DNA from: Octopus sinensis
Taxonomy: Eukaryota
NCBI RefSeq assembly: GCF_006345805.1
Contig: NC_043004.1
Span: 78,926,001-78,990,000 of the forward strand
Length of the DNA: 64,000 bases
Direction of reading: 5' to 3'
Shown: piece by piece, positions 25,398 to 37,678 of the stretch
Position numbering within the stretch: the stretch's first letter is position 1
Layout of the letters: every line of letters starts with the position of its first letter
The notes under the pieces: model-generated
What the model was told of the DNA's origin: nothing
Seen by the model: the letters and a program-made list of their open reading frames with translations, nothing else
Databases searched by the model: none
Made by a program: the position numbers and the translations under genes

Positions 25398-25783
25398 ACA
25401 CTTGCGTCAGAAATTAATTAGCACTTCTCAAATTTCTACGTTAAATAGGTTAAATCAATTAACCTATGAGCTGTTCAAAACGTCTTACGCGATGAGAAAA
25501 CTTAGTATGGTGTGATTTCGGTCCTTGCGAGGCGCTACCTATATCTATTAAACAAAGGAAGATTTGTCTGCATCCGCACTCCAAGTTGTTGCACTGCTAT
25601 GTCAACATCATAAGGCTGTAGACTCTCAAACTGCTCTGCAAACAAAGTTACGTCATCGTTCTGCGCAACAGTGAACTCGCAACAAAGCAATAGTTCGAGA
25701 TATGGCCACTAGGTGACAGCACATACCTTGAGTGAAGAGCAAATCAAGGGTGCTAATTAATTTCTGACGGTAGTGTATATACA

Positions 25784-28625
25784 TGATTGATTGATTGATT
25801 GATTCTAGTTTCAGCTTATGAGCTGTGGCCATGCTGGGGCACCGCCATTTGGTGTTGCTACTTGGTTTCACTTCATGAAGGCTTTCTAGCAACTGCTATT
25901 TGGTGCATGAGAGAGTTCGATGCAGCTGCCCTCATCTGCCCCTCCTGCCGTGAAGTTGGTTCATCTGGGACACCTGACGAAGAGATCCAGCTTCATTTTA
26001 AAGACATCTGTATCCACCCCATGCAGGTCTCTTAGGTTCTTCGGGAGGATATTGAAGAGCTGTGGGCCTCGGAAGCCCAGGCTATCACAGAATCTTGTCC
26101 TACATCTTGATGGCAAGTTTGGAGTCCTAGGCACCACGCAGTGAGGCCCAGTTCTGGCATTTGCGTAACTCTCGATGCCAAAGTTCAGGACACTTCCCTC
26201 CAGGATCTTCCAGATGTATATTATGGCATATCTTTCCCGCCTACGCTCCAGGGAATATAATTTTAATTTCTTGAGTCTTTCCCAGTAGCTTACATTCTGC
26301 ATAGAGGCTATCTTCTTCGTGTAGCTACGTTGGATCGCCTCGAGCTCTGTGATCAACTTGACACTGGATGGTGACCATAACTGAGAGCAGTAGTCAAAGT
26401 GGCTTAGGACAAGTGTCCTCCAGAGGACCATCATGGTTTCTTGTTCTCTTGTTCTAAAGGTTCTGCGGATCCATCCGGCCAGTCGTCTACATTTCATTGC
26501 CAATTTAGCAACATGTACACGAAAGGTCGCGTCATCACTCATGTAAATACCTAGGTCACGCACTGATTGTGCCTCTGGGATTGCTATTCCTCCGGGTCCA
26601 GTGTATTCATTGGGTATTGCATTTAGTTTTGCATGCTGATAGTATAGAGCTTGAAACTTTTCAGCATTGAACTGCATGCTATTCTTTTCGGCCCCTTGTA
26701 TATTTTGTCTAGCTCACATTGCAGGTGTTTTGTGTCCTCAGGGTTCTGTATTGCCTGTGAAACTTTTGTATCATCTGCATAACTTGTGATCGTGGCTCTC
26801 TGCGTGGCTGAGGGCATGTCTGAGAGGGCCATTATGAACAGTAGTGGTCCCAGAACAGTGCCCTGCGGAACACCGCTCACTATTTGCGTGTTAATGGAAG
26901 TGGCCCCATTGGCTACTACCACCTGACTTCTATCTTTCAGAAAGTCATGAAGCCATTCTCCCAGTTTTCCAACTATGTTGAGATCACGCAGTTTGTGACA
27001 TATCATTCCATGATCGACTTTATCAAAGGCCTTTGCAAAGTCGAGATATATCACTTCCACATTTGAGTGGTTGAGTAGCCGTTTCAGCACCCAGTCATAG
27101 TGTTGTAGGAGCTGAGTTAAACAGCTTCTCCCCGGTCGGAAACCATGTTGGGTGTCGGTCAGCAAGTCATTTTCTTCAAGGAAGGTGATCAGCTTCCTTC
27201 TGACTATTCGTTCCATGACCTTGCTGATGTGTGAGGTCAGAGAGATAGGTCTATAGTTCTTGGCTTCCGCTCTGCTACCTCCTTTATGAATGGGGCATAT
27301 TTACCTTCCTTCAGTTTTCTTGGAAGTTTGCCAGCTGCAAGGAAGCTCTGAAAGAGGAACTGCAGTGGTCTTGCTAGGACTCTCTTACATGCTTTTAGGA
27401 GGATTGCCGGGAATCCATCGGGGCCAGTAGCTGAGTCTGTTTTCATTTCATCTATAGCCTTGATTACATCGTCTTCCTTTATATCGATGTAATCTATCGT
27501 CGCCGCCTCTGATTTTATATCTGCAGTGGTAAAAAAGTCAGTTGGATTGGTGATTTGGAGATGCCCAAGGGGGAGTGAAAACACTCTTGAATTGCTCATT
27601 CAGTATTTCACTTACCCTCATTGGTTTTCCTGTAAGTGTGCCGTCCTTTTCGAGGAGTGGCCCTATTCTACAGTGCACCGTAGCTGTTTCTTTGGCATAC
27701 CTGTAGAAAGCTCTGGGGTTAGATTTTATGTTGTCTATAGCCCAGGCTTCTTTGTCTGCTCTTTCCTTTTCATGGGAGAGTTTCAGACATTTTTCGATTT
27801 CCAACAGTTTTATTTTTAGGCGGGACTTTTCACTGCTTTCAATCTGTTTGTTTAGGCGATTTGAAAATTTTGTACGCCGTCTCATTAGAATTTTCCTCTC
27901 TCCGGGGATTTTGTTCTTGTGTACAGTGGCCTTTCTCTCTGGGACATATTTGTAACATATGGCTTGCATTACAGACATGAATTGTTGAAGTTTCACGTCG
28001 ATGTCTGGCGAGGAGATACATTTAGGCCAGTTTTGTTTGAGGATCTCTTTCTCAATTTGTTTCCAGTTTGCCTTATGGTAGTTCAAGCTGGAAAGATTCT
28101 GGGGGTTTCTTGTAGGCTGCATGTCCGTGCTCTCTTTTGGCCCGTACATGGTCAGCTCTATCATGTTGTGATCCGAGAGTAGTGTCGGTGTCACTTTCAC
28201 ATTATGGATGAGATCCATGTCATTTGTGAAGCAGAGATCCAGTGTGTTACCTGCCCTGGTTGGTTGGAGTATTACCTGCTCCATGTACAGGGTGTTGATG
28301 AGGTTCAGGAGGGACCTCGCCTGTCCTCGTTCACATCTTGTCATTCCTGGGAGAGAAAGGCCCTCGGGCCATCTGACATTTGGCAGATTGAAGTCTCCCA
28401 TAAGAAGTACACTTATGTGTTGTTCTAATGTGGTTAGAACTTCTATTTTTATAAGGCAGTCTTCAAACTTGCCCACATGGCTTGGGGCATCTGGAGGGCG
28501 ATATGTAGCACACACAACTACATCAAGTTGCCTAATATGTACAATTAGTGTGTCACACACCGAGTTTGAGTATGACAAGAGGACCTGGGGTGTGAGGTCC
28601 TCACGGATGTACATAGCAACACATA
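25784..28625 (-). mobile_element. CR1/L2-group LINE, 5'-truncated within the APE endonuclease, ORF2 broken by several frameshifts; 3' end with (ATCA)n
   Basis: APE motifs YRPP, GDFNLP, GNTLDL, SDHN; RT motifs QHGFRPGRSCLTQL, YLDFAKAFDKVDH, GVPQGTVLGPLLF, YADD; ORF pieces 27538-28614, 27237-27599, 26623-27216, 25961-26677. Confidence 0.95.
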
Positions 28626-28786
28626 TATAAATCTTGTTTGTAAGTTATATATATATATATATATATAATTTACGTCCTAACCGTCTTTTAGATGTGTCTG
28701 TGAGTGAGAGAGAGAGAGAGGGGGGAGAGAGAGAGAATGAGAGAGAGAGAGAATGAGAGAGAGAGAGAATGAGAGAGAGAGAGAAT

Positions 28787-28819
<33 letters not shown>

Positions 28820-30443
28820 TGAGTTGTCGTATTATCGTTGCTAATACTTCTGCGTGCTTTAATCAGGTCGGTCTTTGATCGAAAGTGTTCGAGCTATTAC
28901 CATCCCTCATTTTATAATATACAGCTACTATTTCCAGCATGTCGAGCTGATTATGTGGAACCTCTCTTGAGTGATTTGTATACATCATTTTCCTTTTACT
29001 TCCAGACATTTTCTCATTTTAATGACATTTGTTATTTTGTAGTTGAAGAAATATTCCTTGCTCGTTACAATTCATGTAACAGTTTATGTTGACATTATAT
29101 CAACGCCAATATAAAGCCGGCATATGTACTGTAGACATTACTTCTGCGTTAGTTTTCTATGCTGTAATAGATTTATGTTTTACCACTGTTCGTGTCAAAA
29201 GTAAAATTCTTCGATAAGGCTTGGTCCCATACGGCAGATATCCACGCATGTCGCCAAATCCTAAACCACAAAACAGCAGTGGTATTGTTATCTTTCTGGG
29301 GTCAGGAACTAGAACCAAAATACTTTTCTGAACGTGAAACAAAATTTAACCTTACTTTAGGAAAAACCTTCTCGTAAAAAGACTTCCTGTGTTTACTTTT
29401 TGCGTTTTATCAAGTAAATTTCTCTGGATTTTCTCTTCCTTCATTTTGTACTAAACGGTGTATCAGAATTACTAATGCTTTATCATTATTAGTTATTTAT
29501 GATTTAATTAGGAAATCGAATTCAGGAATTCCTATCTTTTAAATATATGTAACAACACAACTTAATTGTATTCAACCTACCATGACAGGTTAAAAGTGAT
29601 ATGACAAAAGATAAAAAATCAGCTACAACAGTTAAAAACCACATTCAAAATGTAGACTAATTCATGATGTAGACCAGATTCTTGAAAAAGTTATATTTGT
29701 ATGATTTTTGTTGCATTTCACCTAAATCCTAACCGTTGCTTCCCTCAGTGTTATTGAGCGTGGGTGTCTGTTACTTATAATTAAGCCCCTCACCTCATGA
29801 CTAGCTGTTACGATGTATGTAGCAGGCTGCTGGTGATGGTAAATGTTGATTTGTTGTATGTTATTACTACATGCTATCTAGATTTGACAGCTTTTCTGCC
29901 TTAAGTTGCTCCTTTGCTACTTTGCAGCTCTCTGGGGTTTGTTTATAATTGTGATTTTTTTTTCATTAAATTTCTTGTTAACAGCTATCTTCTTCCTTTC
30001 AACAAAGTTCACCTGCTGCCGTAATTATTTCAGATATATGAAATTTTTCCTTGGCATATATATTAGCCTATTAAATAAAGAATTATGTTTGGATTGTTGT
30101 AGAGCGAAATATATTAATTTAATACGTCCAAAGAAACAATATTTTACATTTGAGATTAGTTTTGCCACTTTAGAGTGTTTCGTGTTATTTTGTTTTAACA
30201 GTGTATGTTCTGCAATATATCATACAATGTTTTCATCCACACACAAACACACACGCGCACGCACGAACGCACATACACACACACAGTTAGGATTTTCCTT
30301 CAGCACATACATGCAGAGACAAATATATGTATATGTGTCTGTTCACATTGCAGTCGTTAATGAACCACAATAGGCAACCCTGATCGAGAAGATCTTTGAT
30401 CAACGGCACTCCAGTCTTGACCATTTTGTCTTATTAGGGCTAT

Positions 30444-30832
30444 GTGGAGGCGCAATGGCCCAGTGGTTAGAACAGCGGACTTGCGGTCGTAGGGTCGCGG
30501 TTTCGATTCCTAGACCGGGTGTTGTGAGTGTTTACTGAGTGAAAACACCTAAAGCTCCATGAGGCTCCAGGAGGGGGTGGTGGTGGTGGTGAACCCTGCT
30601 GTACTCTTTCCCCACAATTTCTCTCACTCTTTCTTCCTGTTTCTGTTGTACCTGTATTTCAAAAGGGCCAGCCTTGTCACACTCTGTGTCACGCTGAATA
30701 TCCCCGAGATCTACGTTAAGGGTACACGTGTCTGTGGAGTGCTCGGCCATTTGCACTCTAATTTCACGCGCAGGCTGTTCTGCTGATCGGATCAACTGGA
30801 GCCCACATCGTTGTAATTGACGGAGTGCCACG
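30444..30832 (+). mobile_element. tRNA-type SINE S3 (tail a)
   Basis: tRNA-like head; 11-bp TSD attagggctat (30433-30443, 30833-30843); homologous to 56825-57203. Confidence 0.9.
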
Positions 30833-31014
30833 ATTAGGGCTATCTACATGAGGGCTTTAATATTTAATATGTCTTCTTCGTTTTCAAGTAGAATGGAGAT
30901 GTATTTTGTCATTCTTTCCAGTTATAGGTGAGTTCTGCCTGAGAAAGTCTCTGATCAAAGGCTTTTCAACTATGGCTGCTCCGCCTTGTTTTTAGGAATA
31001 GTACATCTAAGACC

Positions 31015-31317
31015 GTGGAGGCCCATAGCCTAGTGGTTAGAGCAGCGAAATAGCGGTCGAAGGATCGCGGGTTCGAATCTCAGAACGGGCGATGTGTGTG
31101 TTTATGAGCAAAACACCAAAGCTCCACGCAGCTCGGGCATAAGGTAATGGCGAACCTCTGCTGACTCTTTCGCCACAACCTTCTCTCACTCTTTCCTCCT
31201 GCATCTTGCAGCTCACCTGCGACAGACCGGCGTCCCGTCCAGGTGGGGAACCTATACGCCAAGGTAACCGGGAAACCGGCCCTTATGAGCCAGGTGTTGC
31301 TCGAAAAGGAACAAACA
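31015..31317 (+). mobile_element. tRNA-type SINE S4 (S3 head + CORE-like tail)
   Basis: TSD tacatcta(a/t)gacc; homologous to 47201-47509. Confidence 0.85.
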
Positions 31318-32486
31318 TACATCTATGACCACATAAGTCAATGTATCCTCATTTTTAGATGGCAGTTTGTGGTATGAGGGAATTTGTTAAAAATAGCACT
31401 GAAAACCAATATTATCTTCAGGGTCATACAATGTACATTCGAGAGTCGCATAAGGCTCGCCAGTCACATTTTGACCACAGTTAGCCTATATGCTTGGAAG
31501 TAATTTTCCATGCTGTGAGAGGTTTTGTAAGGTTTGAAGTTTACTGATGTGATAAACTGTACTTCTCGCATGTCGAAATAGTTTTTCATTTACGTATTTT
31601 TCATTACGTTGTGCAGCTGGTCTGTATCCATGTGCAACTTGTGGTGTTGCAAAGTGCATATTTGTGTGTTCCTTATAGTTTATTGTCCTTTAGTGTGAAG
31701 AGATTACAGTTTTAGTGTGAATTACTATAATCCACGATGCATCTAACATCTCATATGCATATCTAATGCCTTTTTTTTGCTTGTTTTTGGTGGTCAAATA
31801 TGGCGCCTGTAAAACGATTGTTTTACTAAATCAGCTGTGAATGTTGTGTATTTACCGTAAGTAACCGTTTTGTTATGTCCTGTGTCACCTTTATTTTCAT
31901 GTTTGTGTGTGACCATTAGTTGTACTTAATATTCACTGATTTTACTGCTAAGAAAAGAAATGGTGGGTTCAGTAGGTAGTACTTAATTCTGTTCTTTCGG
32001 GGCCAGATAAGGCAATGTGGTCCCAATATATATTGACCAGATTTATTGATATAGGAATGGAATGGACATGCATCTGTATGTCGAGAATATTGGAAGATTG
32101 TGACTGACGTGTCATCTGCGTAAGAAGCAGTTTGTTATTAGAAGGTGTAGGATCATAATATAGGTGTGTGTCAAAATGTGAGTGTGAGAATTCTGGTCCT
32201 TCTGGTGGGACAGTCAGTAAAACTGCAAACCCTGGATGTTTTGGAGTAAAGATAACCAACATAACATGGCAGTCCTGGTTTAGGACGAATGTTGCTTTAA
32301 TTTAGTCCCAGGAGACATGTTGGCAATTATTGTTGCTGAATATCTCTCGTTGTGAGATTTACAAACAGTAATTTTCTCACCTGGATGTTTTGTTGTTACA
32401 TTCTACATCCGCTAATTTTCTATCTATATGTTGTTGTTTTTTTTTGTCTTTTGTCTTGTGATGTTTTTATTACTGTTGTTTCGAAG

Positions 32487-33138
32487 GCAGGGAGCAGGTA
32501 GAATCGTTAGCGGAGAGCTGGCAGAAACGTTAGCACGCCGGGCGAAATGCTTAGCGGTATTTCGTCTGCCGCTACGTTCTGAGTTCAAATTCCGCCGAGG
32601 TTGACTTTGCCTTTCATCCTTTCGGAGTCGATTAAATAAGTACCAATAATGTACTGGGGTCGATATAATCGACTCAATCCTTTTGTCTGTCCTTGTTTGT
32701 CCCCTCTATGTTTAGCCCCTTGTGGGTAATAAAGAAATAAGAATCGCAACAGACCGGGCAAAATGCTTTGCGGCATTTGACCTGTTTTTACGTCCCGAGT
32801 TAAAATTCCTCCGAGGTCAACTTTTCCTTTTCGGGGTCGATAAAATAAGAACGCTGGGGTCGATATAATTTACTTAACCCTCCCACAAAATTGCTGGTTT
32901 TGTGCCAAAATTTGAAATTAAAATTACTGTTGTTTCGAAGTAAGCGAGCTGGCATAAAATTCTTTGTGGCATTTTCGCCGGCTTTTTACTTCCTAGATTC
33001 AAATGCCGCTGAGGGCGGCTTTCTCTTTTATTTTCTTTAGGTGAGATAAAATCAAATCTACCGGTGAAGTACTAGGGTCGATATAATTGATTAACCCGTT
33101 CACAAAATTACTGGTCTTGTCTCAAAAATTAGAAAGAA
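32487..33138 (+). mobile_element. Nested triple of SINE S1
   Basis: Young copy 32511-32738 inside older copy 32487-32922 (18-bp flank duplication attactgttgtttcgaag), then older copy 32941-33138. Confidence 0.85.
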
Positions 33139-33233
33139 TCATTGCATGCTGGGGAGCTGGAAGGACATCAATGTCGGACAGGATTCCTGGCGACATTTGT
33201 TCCGATATCTAGGTTTTAAGTTCAAATACCGCT

Positions 33234-33492
33234 CAGATATTGGTTTTGTTACGTCCCCGTAGCTTACTATGTTGGCAAAAGACTGACAGAATAGGTACCA
33301 CACATTTAAAAAAAAATGTCTGGAGCGATATGTTCGGTTAAAACCTTTCAAAGTGGTGCTCCAGAATGACCACAGTCCATTTACTGAAGAAAATAAAATA
33401 AAAGTGTAGAAGAGTAATCAATTAAATGAATGCCTTAATTTCTCATTTTCCCGAGCGTCAAACTAATGCATATATATATATAAAGGCGCCCT
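33234..33492 (+). repeat. S2-like 3' half plus unique flank, duplicated at 38196-38575
   Basis: Similarity continues past the SINE into ...ttttcccgagcgtcaaactaatgca(TA)n..gcgccctt. Confidence 0.85.
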
Positions 33493-34341
33493 TGTCTTTT
33501 ATCCTTCAGGGGTCGATAAATTAAGCACCAGACAAGTACGTGGGTCGACTTAATTGACTATCCCCTTCCCACTTGAACCAGAATTCGAAACCCTTACCCT
33601 TCTGTCTTTTACAACCAGACGTTTGCTCTTAAAGTTCATCTTATTTCCCCAATTCTTGATAAATATTTTTAACAATTCGCTATATATTTTTCTTCCATTT
33701 TCTGCATCCTATCTTTTCGTTTACACCCCCACCACCTCTAACCTATATTTTTTGGCGGCAACTTCCTCCTGTCTGTCCGGAAATTACGTATCACAACTAA
33801 TGGAATACTCAGTAAAATGCCTTAAAGTTCACTCTAACATTCTAGCAGCAAAATCCTGATAATCACTTGCCCATACTGCAGCAGTAAACGATGAGGCGGC
33901 GTCAGCGACAGGCGTCAATTATGTTTATTGCATCTCCCAACCACTGTTGTTTCTACTCGTGGGTGACACTCACGTACTTCTGATCGTTTGGCTTCATTCT
34001 TCAACGTTTCTATTTTAGAATGTGCTTTGCATACTTACTCAACTAAATTTGCAGTATTCAGTAAGGCATTTAATTGCTAAAGACAACTTTCTAATTTCCT
34101 GCTGTTTTTCTCTTTACAAAACCAATTGTTTACGTTTGATGCATTTTCGTTGCAACATTACACCAGCCATACATACACGAAAACACTGCTTTTACATTCA
34201 ACGTCAAATGTACGTTGATTTTCTCATGAGTCTCCACCCTAGTCGTTTGTTGGATGTTAAGAAGAAGAAGTTTCTCTTTGTAAATATTCAATAATGTAAA
34301 TTGTAACATTAATACTCTTTATCATGCATTCGTTTTGTCTT

Positions 34342-34540
34342 TTACTTGGATTGCGGCCATGATGGAGCACCACTTTCGAGCGTTTAGTCAAACAAATCGA
34401 CACCAGTACTAATTCAATTCGCTTCTTTTGCCGCTAGGTTACGTAAACATACCAACACATACAAGGGAGCGTAAACATACCAACACCGTTTGTGAAGCGC
34501 TGTGGTACGGACAAATACAAATACAGACACACACAGACCT
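34342..34540 (-). mobile_element. SINE S2 3' half, followed by (CATA)n
   Basis: Homology to S2 tail. Confidence 0.7.
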
Positions 34541-34651
34541 ACATATATACATACATACATACATACATACATACATACATACATACATACATACATACAT
34601 ACATAAATGCATGCATGCATACATACATACATACATACATACATACATACA

Positions 34652-34682
<31 letters not shown>

Positions 34683-35295
34683 GTGTATGTATATTTATTA
34701 ATCTTAAACAAGAACTTTATTAACAATGACTTTCAAGTTTCGCCCAGCTGCGCCATCTTCCAGCGAAGGTTAGCAGGCCGAAACTTCCAATCTCAACAAC
34801 ATTCGTTTATGAATAATAAATTTGTGCCATACAAAAGTTAAGCGTAACCCAACAGATTCATGTAAAATAGTTTTATTATAACTGAACACAAAAACAAACA
34901 TTATATATATATATATAATATATATATATATATATAATATAATATAAATAATATAAATACTATATAAATATATGCATATATACACAGATACGTGTACATA
35001 TCAACATATATATGTATATTTACATGCATATATGGGTACAGGACATAAAAAAAACGTAGACAGAATGAGAAACGAGAACATAGAAAACAAAAACAGAAAA
35101 CGAACTTTTTTTCGAACAAAGAAAAGAAAAAAATAGAAACGAGACAGGCAACATAAAGAACATTCCCTTCATCAGTTGTTCCCAGTTTTATCTACTCCAC
35201 GTTTCGAAGGTAAGGACAAGACGCGACTTCTTTAAAACAGTCCTTCCCGCAAAGCAAATTAAATAAAATTTATATATATGTGTGTGTGTGTGTGT

Positions 35296-35413
35296 GTACA
35301 CGGCCATATCATGTTGAAAGCACCGGTTCTCGTCCGTTCACCGAAGTTAAGCAACGGTGAGCCTAGTGAGTACTTAGAAGGGTGACCGCTTAGGAAGCCT
35401 AGGTGCTCTAAGC
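35296..35413 (+). pseudogene. 5S rRNA-derived sequence (about 118 nt), copy 1
   Basis: acggccatatcatgttgaaagcaccggttctcgtccgttcaccgaagttaagc...gggtgaccgc...ctaggtgctctaagc matches metazoan 5S; C-box substitutions; no T4 terminator. Confidence 0.9.
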
Positions 35414-35476
35414 GTCTCACACTTTAACGACGGTGCCCTAGCATGGCCGCAGCTCTGAGCTGAAAGTGGAAAGAAT
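35296..35476 (+). mobile_element. Candidate 5S-derived SINE (SINE3-type) with CR1-like tail, copy 1
   Basis: 5S head + short linker + gacggtgccctagcatggccgcagctctgagctgaaa matching LINE 3' end at 25808-25846. Confidence 0.7.
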
Positions 35477-35882
35477 ACATATAAAATATAAATTAAGCAG
35501 AAAATGGAGAAATATATATATATATAATATAAATAATATAAATACTATATAAATATATGCATATATACACAGATACGTGTACATATCAACATATATATGT
35601 ATATTTACATGCATATATGGGTACAGGACATAAAAAAAACGTAGACAGAATGAGAAACGAGAACATAGAAAACAAAAACAGAAAACGAACTTTTTTTCGA
35701 ACAAAGAAAAGAAAAAAATAGAAACGAGACAGGCAACATAAAGAACATTCCCTTCATCAGTTGTTCTCTGTTTTATCTACTCCACGTTTCGAAGGTAAGG
35801 ACAAGACGCGACTTCTTTAAAACAGTCCTTCCCGCAAAGCAAATTAAATAAAATTTATATATATGTGTGTGTGTGTGTGTGT

Positions 35883-36063
35883 GTACACGGCCATATCACG
35901 TTGAAAGCACCGGTTCTCGTCCGTTCACCGAAGTTAAGCAACGGTGAGCCTAGTGAGTACTTAGAAGGGTGACCGCTTAGGAAGCCTAGGTGCTCTAAGC
36001 GTCTCACACTTTAACGACGGTGCCCTAGCATGGCCGCAGCTCTGAGCTGAAAGTGGAAAGAAT
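35883..36063 (+). mobile_element. Candidate 5S-derived SINE, copy 2 (5S part 35883-36000)
   Basis: Duplicate of 35296-35476. Confidence 0.7.
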
Positions 36064-36096
36064 ACATATAAAATATAAATTAAGCAGAAAATGGAG

Positions 36097-36168
<72 letters not shown>

Positions 36169-36169
36169 C

Positions 36170-36313
36170 ACGATAGCTTCCACGCAGTTTCCATCAAATA
36201 AATTTACTTACGAGGCATTAGTCAGTCTATTAGGGGCTATAGTAGAAAATACTTGCTCAAGGTGCTGCTGTGGGACTGAACCCAAAACCAAGAGGTAAAT
36301 TAAGTTTCTTAAC
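36170..36313 (-). mobile_element. SINE S2 head half
   Basis: Homology to S2 head. Confidence 0.65.
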
Positions 36314-36504
36314 TCAGGATGGTCTGTATTTTGTCTACATATAACTTTTCTAACAAGTCCGTTAGACACCAATTTGGGAAAATTACTCCAGAGAATGATT
36401 CACATAATCCAAATTTCTAATCCTGGATTTAGATTAAAACGGATTTCATTAAATCAAAGAAATGACGCTGTGGTTTATTCACACTTATGATATCCATAAA
36501 ATAT

Positions 36505-36678
36505 TGGTTTTGCATTCTGACACAAGACCAGTAATTACGGGGGAAGGATTAAGTCGATGTAATCGACTTCAATGCTCGACTAGTATTTTATCGACCCCGA
36601 AAGGATAAAAAGGTAAAGTTGACCTCGGTGGAATTTGAACTCAGTATGCTACTGATTCTGCCAGCTCTCTGCCCTCTG
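36505..36678 (-). mobile_element. SINE S1
   Basis: TSD atccataaaatat. Confidence 0.8.
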
Positions 36679-37239
36679 ACATCCATAAAATATCAACATT
36701 ATCACATGACAAAACAAGACTGATTGAAAGAATGAATGCAATGCAGAACTAATAATTATAGCGTAGGAGACACGTATTCGTCATTCAATCAAAGACAAGT
36801 TCAGTAACCTTGCCGCTGTTCGTGCGAACGAAAAGTTTAACACCAAATAATAAATGTTAAAATTCTTTGTGCGTTTTTGCATGGTAATATGTGTCTTCAA
36901 TGCTGTCATTGCTTTATTTGCAACACACGAACTCAAATCAAATCACATGTCAGGCATGCACATCGAATTATCTTCTATTTATTTCATTCCCTGAAAAACT
37001 GGAATCTTCTTTGGTTTCCATTCAGCAGAATATTTACAAGAACTCCTTGCATAATAGAACCGATTCAATCGAATGTATATTCACACTTCCAATATCTGGC
37101 TTTGAATTTAATATTGATTTTATATTTTCCCTTTTGACAAGCGACGTAAATCTAATATTAATTTTCATTGCGAGACAAGATCGGAAAGTAAACTCTGTTT
37201 CGAGTTGTAGCTATTTAATTTTACTTAAATTATTAGTCC

Positions 37240-37678
37240 TCGTGGGAAACTGGCAGAACCGGTAGCATGCTGAGCAAAATGCTTAGTCTATCTCTACGTT
37301 CTGAGTTCGAATTCCGCCGAAGTCGACTTTGCCTTTTATCCTTTCGGGATCGATGAAATAAATACCATTTGAATACTGGGAGTCGGCGTAATCGACTCGC
37401 CTTTTCCTGTCAAAATTTCATACTTTGTTCCTTTAATAGAAAAGATTATTAACCCCGCGTGACAGGCGGTGAACTGGCAAATCGTTACTGCGCCGAACAA
37501 AATGCTGAGTGACATTTCTTTCGGCGCTTCCTTTCTTACGAGTTGAAATTACGACAAGATCGACTTTGCCTTTCATTCTTTCGGGATCATAAAATAGCGC
37601 CAGTTGAGCACTCGGATCGATACAATCGACCAACCCCTCCTCGAAAATACTAGTCCTTCTGCCTATAGAAGGAAGAAT
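37240..37678 (+). mobile_element. Two tandem SINE S1 copies (37240-37446, 37462-37678)
   Basis: Homology to S1. Confidence 0.8.

Larger units (their letters stand above)
34935..36102. repeat. Tandem duplication, period about 587 bp
   Basis: Units about 34935-35515 and 35522-36102, about 3 substitutions, breakpoints in (TA)n. Confidence 0.95.

Noticed and set aside
30444-30520. tRNA genes at SINE heads
   Set aside because: Heads run directly into SINE bodies with TSDs; no complete cloverleaf or terminator
33974-34009. Minus-strand 36-nt micro-exon candidate (TLKNEAKRSEV)
   Set aside because: Weak polypyrimidine tract; too short to distinguish from chance
35160-35215. GAAAC...CTGATGA on the minus strand in the duplicated unit
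   Set aside because: No stem I hairpin and poor stem II; motif order not usable
35296-35413. Functional 5S rRNA gene
   Set aside because: No T4+ terminator, substitutions in the C-box region, not in a 5S tandem array, and fused to a LINE-like tail
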